A stretch of DNA of 64,000 nucleotides from the IMG/VR virus record IMGVR_UViG_3300023184_008416, positions 97,916 through 161,915 of that record, one strand, 5' to 3'. Numbering within the stretch: the first letter of the stretch is position 1; each line of letters begins with the position of its first letter. This document shows positions 26,834 to 36,875 of the stretch, one piece after another. The position numbers and the translations under genes were made by a program. The notes beneath the pieces were generated by a model, which worked only from the letters and a program-made list of their open reading frames with translations, ran no database searches and was not told where the DNA came from. Source of the DNA: a virus.

Positions 26834-27938
26834 CAAATGTGTTTATTGTGATAGGACTTATGTTTCCCACAGCGGATTGGTAAGTCATCTAAGAAAGAAG
26901 CATGGACAAACTTATCGAGATTACAGGACACAAAATGGAATTTTGACAAAACGTCAGCAAAATCCTGCAAAAAACACAGTTAGAGAGAAAATGAAACAAC
27001 GGCAGCAGGAATTATTTCAGCAAGGGCTCGCTGAAGGTTTATCTCCTATGAAGTGTTTAATTTGTGGTTTTGAGTCGATGTTTACGTTGATTAGTCATAT
27101 TTCTATGAAACATCAAATTACTACCGATGTCTATAGGGAAAAATTTGGTATTGAAAAAATACAACAAATTTTGCCATCGCAGAGACAAGTTATAAGATCA
27201 ATTGTAAAAGAAGCAATGAACAGGCCTGACGTCAAGGAGAGAGTTGCTTTGAAAAGGTCGTTTCCATCCGAGAAAAAGCATTGGCTTAATAAAGGTTTTA
27301 CAGATGATGAGGCATCGAAAAAAGTCTCTGAATTTCAAAGAAGCATGGCTCTTCGAGCCGATGAGGAAACAAGAGCAAAATTATCGCAAAAGTCTCGTGG
27401 TAAAAATAATCCAATGTCAATTGAGTCAATCGCAAAAAGACACGGAGTTTCCCACGAAGAAGCGCGGCTTCTTACTCCGGCATGTGGTAGGTCTGGAGAA
27501 TTACATCCAATGTGGGGGAAACGTCACACGCAAGAATCTTTGGAAAAGATTGCCTCATCTCGGCACCTCACAGATCCGACGTGGAGATCAAAACCAGAAA
27601 TTCAGCTTGAGGAATGGTGTAAGTCTGTGTTCGGTGAATCTCAGGTGAAGGCAAACACAAAGATTAGCAGGTGGAATATTGACATCCTCATTCAGGAAAA
27701 AAAGTTAATTGTTGAATTGTTTGGAGATTTTTGGCACATGAATCCTGACAAATTTTTGGAAACTGACGTCAATAAAATCACCAATAAGGTAGCAAAAGAA
27801 ATATGGCAGCACGATCTTAAAAAACTTGAATATCTGAAGACAAATGGTTACAATGTTTTAGTGGTGTGGGAACGTGACTGGAAGTTAAACCAGGAGCAGA
27901 CAAAGGAAAGAATAAAAGATGCTTACAATCGAGTTTGA
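26820..27938 (+). mobile_element. Free-standing homing endonuclease (C2H2 fingers, NUMOD3-like, Vsr/EDxHD-like nuclease) between the split intein halves; start codon uncertain
   Basis: HPMWGKRHTQES, IDILI..KKLIVELFGDFWH...D..K...GYNVLVVWERD; frame is open upstream of TTG 26877 and encodes the CVYC half of the first finger. Confidence 0.85.
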
Positions 27939-29196
27939 CAGTGTGGAAGAACAGATTAAAATCGGTGATTTGTTTGACCAAATTGGATTTGAACAAACAT
28001 CACGTCCCACCGACGATTCTGGTGACTCATTCATCAAGAACGATTGGTCAATTGAAGCGCTTTCACTGGATGGGTATTATCCTGTAGAAGGTTTTCGATG
28101 GACAAAACCGGAACGTAAGATGCAGATCGCTCACAGGAGCATCAACCCATTTATCTTGGAGGATCAAATTCCGACTCTCGACTGCTCACCAGAGCACCTG
28201 CTTTTAAAGAGGGTCTCTGAGACTGAGTTTCAATGGGTGGAAGCCAAGACGTTACTTGAAAATGATGTCATTGTTGGATCCTTTGGTTCTTTAAGAAAAG
28301 TTGTCTGTGCATTACCTCTCGATCAAGCTGATGAACGACTCTGTGATTTGCAGGTGTCAATTGCACACTCGTATATGACAAATGGTATCTTGTCTCATAA
28401 CTCTCACTTTTTGACAATGATTGGGGCCAATGCCCTGCAGGACGGCCGCAATGTTTTGCATTACACCTTTGAATTATCTGAAACTTCTGTCGGAACCCGG
28501 TACGATTCCAACCTTTGTGATATAGATTCCAATGAGGTGATGGATCGTAAAGAAGAGGTCAAATCATCCTATGAGAAGATGAAGTTAGGTCGACTGTTCA
28601 TTAAAGAATACCCAACTAATTCTGCATCCATTTTTACCCTTAGAGCTCACATTGAACGTTTGGATTTGAAAGGATTCAAACCCGATATTATCATTATTGA
28701 CTATGCCGACATCATGAGATCAACACGCCAGTATGATTCTTTGAGACATGAGTTGAAATTGGTGTACGAAGAGTTACGTGCTATGGCAATGGAACTAGGA
28801 GTACCTGTTTGGACAGCGTCTCAATCAAACAAAGAAGGTGCCAATAGCGATGTTATTGATGTTACTAACATGAGCGAGGCATATGGCAAAGCGATGATTT
28901 GCGATGCTATCGTGACAATTTCTAGAAAGGCTCATGAGAAATCAACGGGATGGGGTCGATTATTTGTCGCTAAAAACCGTGCAGGCAGAGATGGATTAGT
29001 TTATCCAGTGCAGATTAACACGGCTCGGTCCAAGTTTACCATTGTGGGTAATGCGGGAAGCCCAGAACAAGTGTCTGCAGAAAATGACGCAGAAATGAAA
29101 AAAGCCTTACGAGATAAATGGAGAGAGTTACAAAGTGAAATGTCTTTTATTCCGTCAACAAAAGGCGAGTTACCTAGAACAGGAACAGATAGTTAA
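27919..29196 (+). CDS. dnaB: Split intein C part (IntC, 161 aa) + C-terminal fragment of DnaB helicase
   Basis: Block B CSPEH, block F/G CDLQV..AHSYMTNGILSHN|S (Ser+1 at 28402); then YTFEL, IIIDYAD (Walker B), WTASQ, AKNRAG. Confidence 0.92.
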   Translation: MLTIEFDSVEEQIKIGDLFDQIGFEQTSRPTDDSGDSFIKNDWSIEALSLDGYYPVEGFRWTKPERKMQIAHRSINPFILEDQIPTLDCSPEHLLLKRVSETEFQWVEAKTLLENDVIVGSFGSLRKVVCALPLDQADERLCDLQVSIAHSYMTNGILSHNSHFLTMIGANALQDGRNVLHYTFELSETSVGTRYDSNLCDIDSNEVMDRKEEVKSSYEKMKLGRLFIKEYPTNSASIFTLRAHIERLDLKGFKPDIIIIDYADIMRSTRQYDSLRHELKLVYEELRAMAMELGVPVWTASQSNKEGANSDVIDVTNMSEAYGKAMICDAIVTISRKAHEKSTGWGRLFVAKNRAGRDGLVYPVQINTARSKFTIVGNAGSPEQVSAENDAEMKKALRDKWRELQSEMSFIPSTKGELPRTGTDS

Positions 29197-29217
29197 GAAC
29201 CTCCGGAGTGTGATACA

Positions 29218-31797
29218 ATGATTACATACACAAGAGATGAAGCATTTGCAACATCATTGAAGTATTTCAATGGTGACGAATTGGCAAGTTCCGTATTCAT
29301 CGACAAATACGCATTAAAAGACTTGTCAGGAAAGCTCTTGGAACTGACTCCATCCGACATGCATCGTCGTTTGGCAAAGGAATTTGCTAGAGTCGAGAAG
29401 AAATATCCCAATCCGCTGTCTGAGAAGGAAATCTTTTGTTTGTTGGCAGATGTCAGCCATCTTGATGCGACCCAAATCGAGAAGATGTCTATCGATGAGT
29501 TGGCCGCCGAGTCTAGAGGATTGGGAGCCGTTATTCCCCAGGGGTCTCCCATGTCGGCGATTGGTAACGATTTTCAATACCAGTCTTTGTCCAATTGCTT
29601 TGTAATTCAGTCACCATACGATTCATACGCTGGCATCCTTAAGGCTGATCAAGAGCAAGCGCAGATCATGAAGCGCCGCGGCGGAGTTGGTTTTGACATC
29701 TCTACCATTCGACCAAAAGGTATCGTCACCGCCAATGCGGCTCGCACCACCGATGGCATCGGCGTATTCATGGAGAGGTTTTCCAATACGTGTCGAGAAG
29801 TTGCGCAAGGTGGAAGAAGGGGTGCTTTGATGCTTACCATCGATGTTCATCATCCCGAGATTCGCACCTTTATTAACATTAAACGTGACCTAAAGAAGGT
29901 TACTGGCGCCAACATCTCCATTCGCCTCTCCGATGAATTCATGCAGGCCGTGAAGGATGGGACCAAAGTTCAACTCAGGTTCCCAGTTGAAAAGGATGTC
30001 AAACACTCCATCGAAGAGATGGTAGACGCCAAGCAACTTTGGCACGAGATTATTGAGGCAGCGTGGGCTTCAGCAGAACCTGGTCTTCTTTTTTGGGATA
30101 CCGTAAAAAAGCGAACACCCACCGAGGCTTATGAAGCGTACAAGTCGCAATCAACCAACCCGTGTGGTGAGATCGTTTTGTCTCCGTATGATAGTTGCCG
30201 ATTGCTTCTCGTCAATCTCTATAAATTTGTAAAGAATCCATTTACATCGGCCGCTGCATATGACAGCAAGGGTCTCAAGGACGTTGTCGTAAAAGCTCAG
30301 CGGTTAATGGATGACCTCATCGACCTGGAGATTGAAGCGGTTGATAAGATCATAGAAAAGATCAAGAATGATCCTGAGCCAGAGGATGTCAAGAGATCCG
30401 AATTGGAGCTCTGGAACAAGATTAAATCGGTAGCTCTTGGTGGTCGTAGAACGGGTCTTGGCATTACGGCTCTTGGGGATGCCATTGCGGCCATGGGTTT
30501 TGTCTATGGTTCCAGCAAATCCATTGAAATGACAGAGTCTTTATATCGGGCATTGGCTCTTTCTGCTTACAAGTCGACAATCAAGATGGCTGAAGAGAGA
30601 GGGTCATTTCCTGCTTTTAAATATTCTTTGGAAAATAATCATCCATTCATTCAGCAGATTTTAGAGGCCGCTCCTGAGTTGAAAGAAGATTATTTGAAAT
30701 TTGGTCGCCGTAATATTGCGCTGACAACAACAGCTCCGGCAGGTTCAGTTTCTGTTCTTACCCAGACAACCTCTGGTATTGAGCCTGCTTTCATGTTGTT
30801 CTACAAACGTCGCAAAAAGGTCAACAGCGAAGATCCTAATGCCAGAGTGGATTTTGTGGATCCCCTTGGCGATAAGTGGCAAGAATACACTGTCTACCAT
30901 CACGCTTTTAAAGTCTGGATGGACGCCACCCATAAGACAGAGTTGGATGCCAAAGAATCGCCATACCATGGTGGAACAGCCAACGAGATTGATTGGCTAG
31001 CCAAGGTAGACCTTCAAGCCGTCGCTCAGCGATGGATCTGTCATTCGATCAGCAACACCACAAATATTCCAAATTCTACTTCCGTGGATGTGGTGAAAGA
31101 GATCTATATGCGTGGATGGGAGACTGGATGTAAGGGAGTTACAATTTATCGCGATGGTTGTCGAGCTGGCGTTCTCGTGGCCGACACCAAGAAAGAAGAC
31201 AAGAAGGCTGATGTTGATGGTCAACCGGAGTCCATGGTAGAAAGTCATGCACCAAAGAGGCCAAAGGAATTGCCATGTGACATTCGCAGAATAAACGTGA
31301 AGGGTTCTGGGGGTCCAGAATCATATCTCGTTCTGGTTGGTAAGTTGGCCGATAAACCATATGAGATCTTCTGCGGTTTGTCACAACACGTGGAGGTTCC
31401 CAAGAAAGCAAAGGTTGGAACCCTTATTAAGAATGGTAAGCGTGATGGAGTCGCAACATATAATCTTAGAATTCCATTGGGTGACGATGATGAGTTAGTG
31501 TTCAAAGATGTTGTAGAGCTGTTTGCAAATCCAACCAACGGTGCTTTCACTCGATCTCTGTCACTATCTTTACGACATGGAATTCCTGTCCAATACATCG
31601 TAGAGCAGTTACAAAAGGACAAACAGTCAGACATGCAAAGTTTTTCAAGAGTTTTGGCCAGAGTCCTTAAGGAATATATTCCTGATGGGACCAAGTCAAA
31701 CTCTGACAAAAAGTGTGATTCCTGTGGAGCTGATGGACTGATTTATAAAGAAGGTTGTGTGTCGTGCGTAAGTTGTGGTACAAGCAAATGCGGGTGA
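29218..31797 (+). CDS. nrdJ: Class II (adenosylcobalamin-dependent) ribonucleotide reductase
   Basis: SNCFV, GGVG, TNPCGEI, RRTGLG, APAGS, KGVTIYRDG, C-terminal Zn ribbon; no small subunit adjacent. Confidence 0.9.
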   Translation: MITYTRDEAFATSLKYFNGDELASSVFIDKYALKDLSGKLLELTPSDMHRRLAKEFARVEKKYPNPLSEKEIFCLLADVSHLDATQIEKMSIDELAAESRGLGAVIPQGSPMSAIGNDFQYQSLSNCFVIQSPYDSYAGILKADQEQAQIMKRRGGVGFDISTIRPKGIVTANAARTTDGIGVFMERFSNTCREVAQGGRRGALMLTIDVHHPEIRTFINIKRDLKKVTGANISIRLSDEFMQAVKDGTKVQLRFPVEKDVKHSIEEMVDAKQLWHEIIEAAWASAEPGLLFWDTVKKRTPTEAYEAYKSQSTNPCGEIVLSPYDSCRLLLVNLYKFVKNPFTSAAAYDSKGLKDVVVKAQRLMDDLIDLEIEAVDKIIEKIKNDPEPEDVKRSELELWNKIKSVALGGRRTGLGITALGDAIAAMGFVYGSSKSIEMTESLYRALALSAYKSTIKMAEERGSFPAFKYSLENNHPFIQQILEAAPELKEDYLKFGRRNIALTTTAPAGSVSVLTQTTSGIEPAFMLFYKRRKKVNSEDPNARVDFVDPLGDKWQEYTVYHHAFKVWMDATHKTELDAKESPYHGGTANEIDWLAKVDLQAVAQRWICHSISNTTNIPNSTSVDVVKEIYMRGWETGCKGVTIYRDGCRAGVLVADTKKEDKKADVDGQPESMVESHAPKRPKELPCDIRRINVKGSGGPESYLVLVGKLADKPYEIFCGLSQHVEVPKKAKVGTLIKNGKRDGVATYNLRIPLGDDDELVFKDVVELFANPTNGAFTRSLSLSLRHGIPVQYIVEQLQKDKQSDMQSFSRVLARVLKEYIPDGTKSNSDKKCDSCGADGLIYKEGCVSCVSCGTSKCG

Positions 31798-31801
31798 TAA
31801 A

Positions 31802-32089
31802 ATGAAATCTAAAAAAATATTAGGTGTAGACACATCAAAACTTTTAAAAGACTCACGACTTGATGAGAACATTTTGGGTCACATACCTGATTTTATGATT
31901 GAACAGGCGGTGGATTCATGCGTCAATCAGCTAGCTCAACATATGAAATCACATATCTTGAAAGACAGATCAAGAGATCCAGTTGAAAAAAGTGAAGCGA
32001 TAAATTCAGCTCAACTTGTTCTTAAAGACATTAGAAATGAATTATTGGAAATGATTCAAGAAAAATTATTTGGGTTTACTCGCCGTTGA
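31802..32089 (+). CDS. Hypothetical protein
   Basis: ATG 31802 right after the nrdJ stop. Confidence 0.55.
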   Translation: MKSKKILGVDTSKLLKDSRLDENILGHIPDFMIEQAVDSCVNQLAQHMKSHILKDRSRDPVEKSEAINSAQLVLKDIRNELLEMIQEKLFGFTRR

Positions 32090-32121
32090 CCAATCCTTAA
32101 TACCTTGTTTAATATACACGT

Positions 32122-32781
32122 ATGCCTTCACAGCCCAACAAGGTCGAGCTCATTGGTGTATACGGGTCCGATGAAACCCATGCTCTTTCAGCATGGACTT
32201 CTACTTCTAGAGATTTAAACGATGACAAGAAAACCAGGATTCCCCAACTATTAAAGATGTTGGCTGAGAATGAGCATCATTCTGTTTTTGAGAAGAGTTC
32301 CTTACACTTTCTTGTCACAACCGATGTTGCTTCACACATCCATCTCGTCAAACATCGCATTGGAGTTTCCGTCAACGCAGAGAGCGCCCGCTATAAAGAG
32401 TTGAAGGATGACAAGTATTATGTTCCTTACGATTGGGATTATGAGGAGCGTGAGAAGTACATCATGCATATGGAAGGATGTCTTCACAAGTATCACGAGG
32501 CTTTGAATAGCTTGGTGGAGAAGGGTGTATCAAGGAAGCGAGCCAAGGAGTCTGCTAGGTTTTATCTGCCGTACGGCAACCAGATCACTGCCGATGTTAT
32601 GTTTAATTTCCGCAGTTTCTATCATTTCGTGAAGTTGAGGTATTCGGTCCACGCTCAGGCCGAGATCAGAAACATTGCGCAAGACATGTTGAAGTTGGTG
32701 CAAGAGACAAAGCAATTCGATCACACACTGACTGCCTTTGGATTGACTGAAGGTGGTGTGTTAAGAGGACCTTTTGCATGA
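32122..32781 (+). CDS. thyX: Flavin-dependent thymidylate synthase
   Basis: H.SVFE, HLVKHRIGVSVNAESARY (RHRx7S-like), E.AR..LP, NFRS..HF..LR...HAQ.EIR. Confidence 0.92.
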   Translation: MPSQPNKVELIGVYGSDETHALSAWTSTSRDLNDDKKTRIPQLLKMLAENEHHSVFEKSSLHFLVTTDVASHIHLVKHRIGVSVNAESARYKELKDDKYYVPYDWDYEEREKYIMHMEGCLHKYHEALNSLVEKGVSRKRAKESARFYLPYGNQITADVMFNFRSFYHFVKLRYSVHAQAEIRNIAQDMLKLVQETKQFDHTLTAFGLTEGGVLRGPFA

Positions 32782-33362
32782 GTAAGATAATCGTATTTGA
32801 AGGGCCGGATCGTTGTGGAAAGAAGACTCAGACCCACTTGCTCCGAGGTTATCTTGCTTCCAAGGCTTATCGTTCCGTGGTAGTAGAGGTTCCAGTCTAT
32901 GGCAATCCGACGTACCACATCATCTATTGGATGCTTGGAAATGGCCTGGCAAAAAAGTTTCCTAAATTGTTCCAATGGTTCCAATATTTCAATAGAAAGA
33001 TTTTTCAGGCCCTAACTCTGCCTTCTCTACTGAGGAACAACGATTATGTGATTTTGGATCGGTGGAGCTTGTCGACTGTGGTGTATGGGACGGCCGAGGG
33101 AGTAGACGCCGAATACTCTGAAATGCTAGCTGACAAGCTCGTATACCCAGACCACACAATATTGTTATTGGGCCAGTCTCACATGGGTCTTGCTGAAGAT
33201 GTGTATGAGGCAGATAACTCTTTGCAAGAAAGAGTCAAACAGTTGTACAAAGACTGGGCTATTATGAATATGTCTGTGTCTTCGATTGTTGATTGTACAC
33301 TTCCTCGTGAAGAGATTTCTCAAAAAGTAAATGCAGCTTTGCAGGCTTCAAATCTTCTGTAA
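32778..33362 (+). CDS. tmk: Thymidylate kinase
   Basis: IVFEGPDRCGKKTQ P-loop, VILDRW..S..VYG, PD.TILL. Confidence 0.88.
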   Translation: MSKIIVFEGPDRCGKKTQTHLLRGYLASKAYRSVVVEVPVYGNPTYHIIYWMLGNGLAKKFPKLFQWFQYFNRKIFQALTLPSLLRNNDYVILDRWSLSTVVYGTAEGVDAEYSEMLADKLVYPDHTILLLGQSHMGLAEDVYEADNSLQERVKQLYKDWAIMNMSVSSIVDCTLPREEISQKVNAALQASNLL

Positions 33363-33397
33363 CACTTATATTCATAAATGAGGGTATAATTAGGATT

Positions 33398-34348
33398 GTG
33401 TATACAGCTCCTAAAAGGATTAGTGAAGGATCAAAGGTTGCCATTGTTGCACCTTCATCTCCAATTGTTACAAAGAGATTGGTCGAAGGATTAGACATAA
33501 TCAAAGAGATTGGTTTAATACCGGTTTTAGGACCTTGTGTCCGTAGGCTACACTCTGATGGTATTCATGCTGCCCCTCTTGAAGAAAGAGTTGAAGAGCT
33601 TAATTGGGCTTTTGGTGATGATGAAATTGAGGCAGTAATCTGTGCGATTGGTGGAAATGGTAGTGCGGGTGTTCTTCCTTACCTCGATTATGATGTTATT
33701 CGTGACAGTAAAAAACCGTTGTTGGGTCGATCTGACATAACAGCATTAAATACGGGATTATTAACTCACGCAGGGTTGATCAGTATTTGTGGTCAAACAC
33801 CAAGCATAAGAGTCGAGGATGGTCCTATTGCTGTGCAATTACAATCCGATTCGTTTATAAAAACGTTGACCATGATGATGTCAGATAACCCGTGGGAATC
33901 TGAACCATTTTCAGTTAATCCTTATTTGCCCCGGACCGTGTCTGAAGGTTCTGCTCGAGGATTTGTGATAGGTGGAAACATTGATACTTTTACTCGTTTA
34001 ATTGGAACCCCCCATTTTCCTGACTGCGAAGGTGCGATTCTGTTCATAGAAGACGTTCATAAGAATGGTAGTTTGTTGGCAAGGGAATTTCTTCACATGA
34101 AACTGGCCGGAATTCTTGACGTAATTTCCGGTGTTGTTATTGGAGAATTTGTAGATTCTGACAAAAAACCTGACGCAAAGACGCCGGCAATTGATGATGT
34201 TATTCAAGAGTATTTTGTTGACGGTCCTCCTTGCGTATATGGGTACCCTTTCTCTCATGGTTCAATTGTTGCACCAGTGCCCATTGGTGCAGAGTGCGAA
34301 ATGAATGCTGACACAGGTGAAGTAAGTTTTAACTTTGCCATGTCCTGA
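33398..34348 (+). CDS. S66 family LD-carboxypeptidase (LdcA/MccF-like)
   Basis: VAIVAPSS, GG.G, GRSDITAL (Ser), GGN, LFIED (Glu), FSHG (His). Confidence 0.9.
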   Translation: MYTAPKRISEGSKVAIVAPSSPIVTKRLVEGLDIIKEIGLIPVLGPCVRRLHSDGIHAAPLEERVEELNWAFGDDEIEAVICAIGGNGSAGVLPYLDYDVIRDSKKPLLGRSDITALNTGLLTHAGLISICGQTPSIRVEDGPIAVQLQSDSFIKTLTMMMSDNPWESEPFSVNPYLPRTVSEGSARGFVIGGNIDTFTRLIGTPHFPDCEGAILFIEDVHKNGSLLAREFLHMKLAGILDVISGVVIGEFVDSDKKPDAKTPAIDDVIQEYFVDGPPCVYGYPFSHGSIVAPVPIGAECEMNADTGEVSFNFAMS

Positions 34349-34391
34349 TACAAATTGACATTTTGTTGTACCCTTTGATCCAGGAGATACT

Positions 34392-34652
34392 ATGAGTTAC
34401 AAAATTGCTGACAGTGTTTGGCACCGTGTCGTGCAGATTGTTCAAGAAGCCATGATAACCGGTGTAGATTGTGCAGACCTTATGAGACAGGTTAGAGTTC
34501 AGGTTGACTCAAATGATGAAACTACGCTCGTTTTGACAACTGAATATGAAGCTCAGGTTTTAAACATGCACAAGAAGTATCTTGAAGAGATCGAGTCTCT
34601 TAAAACACAGGTTGAAACTGCTGAAAATCAAAAGTTAATTCTTGAGAATTGA
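34392..34652 (+). CDS. Hypothetical protein
   Basis: AGGAG SD; 86-aa ORF. Confidence 0.65.
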   Translation: MSYKIADSVWHRVVQIVQEAMITGVDCADLMRQVRVQVDSNDETTLVLTTEYEAQVLNMHKKYLEEIESLKTQVETAENQKLILEN

Positions 34653-34654
34653 AA

Positions 34655-34732
34655 ATGTTTGCAGTAGTCATTGTCTTAACACTAATCCTATTTTTTATTA
34701 GAATTGTTGTTGACATGGATGGAGATGACTGA
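34655..34732 (+). CDS. Small single-pass membrane peptide (25 aa)
   Basis: MFAVVIVLTLILFFIRIVVDMDGDD*; exactly fills the gap, and its TGA overlaps the next ATG (TGATG). Confidence 0.6.
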   Translation: MFAVVIVLTLILFFIRIVVDMDGDD

Positions 34733-35097
34733 TGAACAAGTTGCAAGACATGTGGGATCAACAGAAAAGTTTTATGGATCTTCTTCGGGAACACCGAAAT
34801 TTTCCTGCTTTTCCAGTTGATACGACGACAAAATCAGGACAAAAGATACTCAAAAGTATTACCCATGAATGTATGCATGAGCTTTTTGAAGCCAATCTTT
34901 TATTGAAGAATTCTAAAGAGCATCGGGCAACAAACATTTGTGAATTTGACAGAGAAAATTACGTTGAGGAACTAGCAGACGTTTTACACTATTTTTTTGA
35001 AATTGCAATTTTAAGTGGTATTTCTTTGGAAGAATTGTATTCAACTTATATGAAAAAGGGTGAAACAAATATTGTTCGCATAAAAGAAGGTTATTAA
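34732..35097 (+). CDS. All-alpha dNTP pyrophosphatase (MazG/dimeric dUTPase/dCTPase-like)
   Basis: E..ELFE...K.SK.H, EELADVLHYF, Y.KK...N..R...GY. Confidence 0.8.
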   Translation: MNKLQDMWDQQKSFMDLLREHRNFPAFPVDTTTKSGQKILKSITHECMHELFEANLLLKNSKEHRATNICEFDRENYVEELADVLHYFFEIAILSGISLEELYSTYMKKGETNIVRIKEGY

Positions 35098-35181
35098 AAA
35101 AAGTGTATCATAGGCCTGTCCATTTTTGATAATGGATTTATCATAATCTTGTAACCGACGGTCAACCGTCAAATAAGGAGA

Positions 35182-35553
35182 ATGATAATGTTTACCAGGT
35201 ATTATGATACCACTTCTACACGTTTGCCTATGCTCGATTTGCTTGACGCTTTCAAGGTTTTTGACGATATTGAAAAACCCATTGTTCGTTCCACGTCAAA
35301 TGTCATTGATGATTTTGGTGTGAAAGTTGAACTACCGGGTGTTAAAGTCTCAGATCTTGATATCAGCGTGGAAGGAAAAGTTCTTAAAGTGTCGGGTAAA
35401 TCTCGACATGGTAAAGAGTTTTCATATACCTACACGTTGAAATCTACCGTTGATGAATCTGCAATCACTGCAAATTTCCAAGACGGTTTGCTTGACATTT
35501 CTCTTCCCAAGAAACAAGAATCTGTTGCACGCAAGATTCAAATTAATACTTAA
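35182..35553 (+). CDS. Small heat shock protein (Hsp20)
   Basis: ELPGVK..DLDISVEG..L.VSG, A.FQDGLL.I.LPK, RKIQI. Confidence 0.92.
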   Translation: MIMFTRYYDTTSTRLPMLDLLDAFKVFDDIEKPIVRSTSNVIDDFGVKVELPGVKVSDLDISVEGKVLKVSGKSRHGKEFSYTYTLKSTVDESAITANFQDGLLDISLPKKQESVARKIQINT

Positions 35554-35570
35554 AAGTTGATCAAAACATC

Positions 35571-35608
35571 ATAAGCCCAGAGACAAAAATTCTCTGGGCT
35601 TATTTTTT
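35571..35608 (+). terminator. Rho-independent terminator
   Basis: ATAAGCCCAGAGA / TCTCTGGGCTTAT perfect stem followed by a T-run. Confidence 0.85.
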
Positions 35609-35637
35609 GTCTATGTGTAAATTTCAATTATATATTG

Positions 35638-36057
35638 ATGGATCATATGACTCCCGAGCAAGACAAACATCTTTGTGAAAAGTATCCCAAGATATTCAAA
35701 AATCGAAATGGTTCCATCCAAGAAACCTGCATGGCCTGGGGCTTCGAGTGTGGCTCAGGATGGTTTGATATCATTGATGTGCTTTGCGAAGCCATTCAGG
35801 ACCACGTTGATGGAAAGACAAAACATCTTTCACCGGCAGAACAAGAGACTTTTCAAGTCGTTGCCAATCAAGTGAAAGAGAAATTTGGTGGGTTACGCTT
35901 TTATTGTTCGGGTGATGATGATCAGATTCAGGGAATGGTTGATATGGCAGAGCGAATGTCATACAAGACATGTGAAATGTGTGGACAACCTGGATCGGAA
36001 AGAAATTCTGGGTGGGTTGTTGTGCGTTGCGATGCATGTTATAAGAAAAAACCATGA
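35638..36057 (+). CDS. Conserved phage protein (QVKEKFGGLRFY motif, C-terminal Zn ribbon)
   Basis: GFECG.GW, QVKEKFGGLRFY, CEMCG...CDAC. Confidence 0.75.
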   Translation: MDHMTPEQDKHLCEKYPKIFKNRNGSIQETCMAWGFECGSGWFDIIDVLCEAIQDHVDGKTKHLSPAEQETFQVVANQVKEKFGGLRFYCSGDDDQIQGMVDMAERMSYKTCEMCGQPGSERNSGWVVVRCDACYKKKP

Positions 36058-36875
36058 AAATTGTGTGGTGCACCGACATTCATCTTGATTTTATCGATGA
36101 TTCAACGATCGAAAAAGGCGACCCAAAGTTACAAAGCTTTGCTAAATTGATATTGGGACATGCGCCCGATGCTGTCATGATTACTGGCGACATATCAATA
36201 TCACCTCAGTTAGAGCATCACCTTAACACTCTAGAAAATCTTTTACAGATTCCAATATTATATGTTCTTGGCAATCATGATTTTTATCATGGGTCAATTA
36301 AAGATGTACGTGATCTTGTGGTGAGACTCAATCATTCATCAAAATACTTGAAATGGGTGGGAGGGTTTGACTGTGTTAGATTGACACCAAATGTTGCGAT
36401 GGTCGGTCATGATTGTTGGTATGATGCCCTCAATGGATCTTGGCAATCATCTAGATCGTCCATGTCTGATTGGCAATTGATCAGTGAATTTAACACTTTG
36501 CGTAACATAGATTCAATCATTAATGTTGCTCGAGAGCTTGCGAAAGAGTCCGCAAATCACCTTGAAGCATCGTTGAACAGCGTAGCCAGAGATTTTAAAA
36601 CCGTGATGATTGTCACCCACGTTCCACCCTTCATAGAAGCCTGTTTGCAAGAAGGCAAATGCACCATTCCGAGTAATTTGCCATGGTATACGTGCTTAAC
36701 TGTGGGAAATCTTATTAAACGAATCGCGTCTAGTTATCCACAGACAACCTTTGAGGTGTATAGTGGACATACTCATGGTTTTGGTACGGCAAGATTGGCT
36801 CATAATTTAACTGCTTACGTTGGCAGATCAAGATATGGTAATCCTTCCGTTCAAGGAATTATTAGTCTAAAGTAG
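36054..36875 (+). CDS. Calcineurin-like metallophosphoesterase
   Basis: TDIH, TGDI, GNHD, THVPP, GHTH. Confidence 0.92.
   Translation: MKIVWCTDIHLDFIDDSTIEKGDPKLQSFAKLILGHAPDAVMITGDISISPQLEHHLNTLENLLQIPILYVLGNHDFYHGSIKDVRDLVVRLNHSSKYLKWVGGFDCVRLTPNVAMVGHDCWYDALNGSWQSSRSSMSDWQLISEFNTLRNIDSIINVARELAKESANHLEASLNSVARDFKTVMIVTHVPPFIEACLQEGKCTIPSNLPWYTCLTVGNLIKRIASSYPQTTFEVYSGHTHGFGTARLAHNLTAYVGRSRYGNPSVQGIISLK

Noticed and set aside
26833-27919. Group I/II intron interrupting dnaB
   Set aside because: The gap is entirely filled by the endonuclease ORF with no room for ribozyme structure, and intein blocks on both fragments explain the rejoining.
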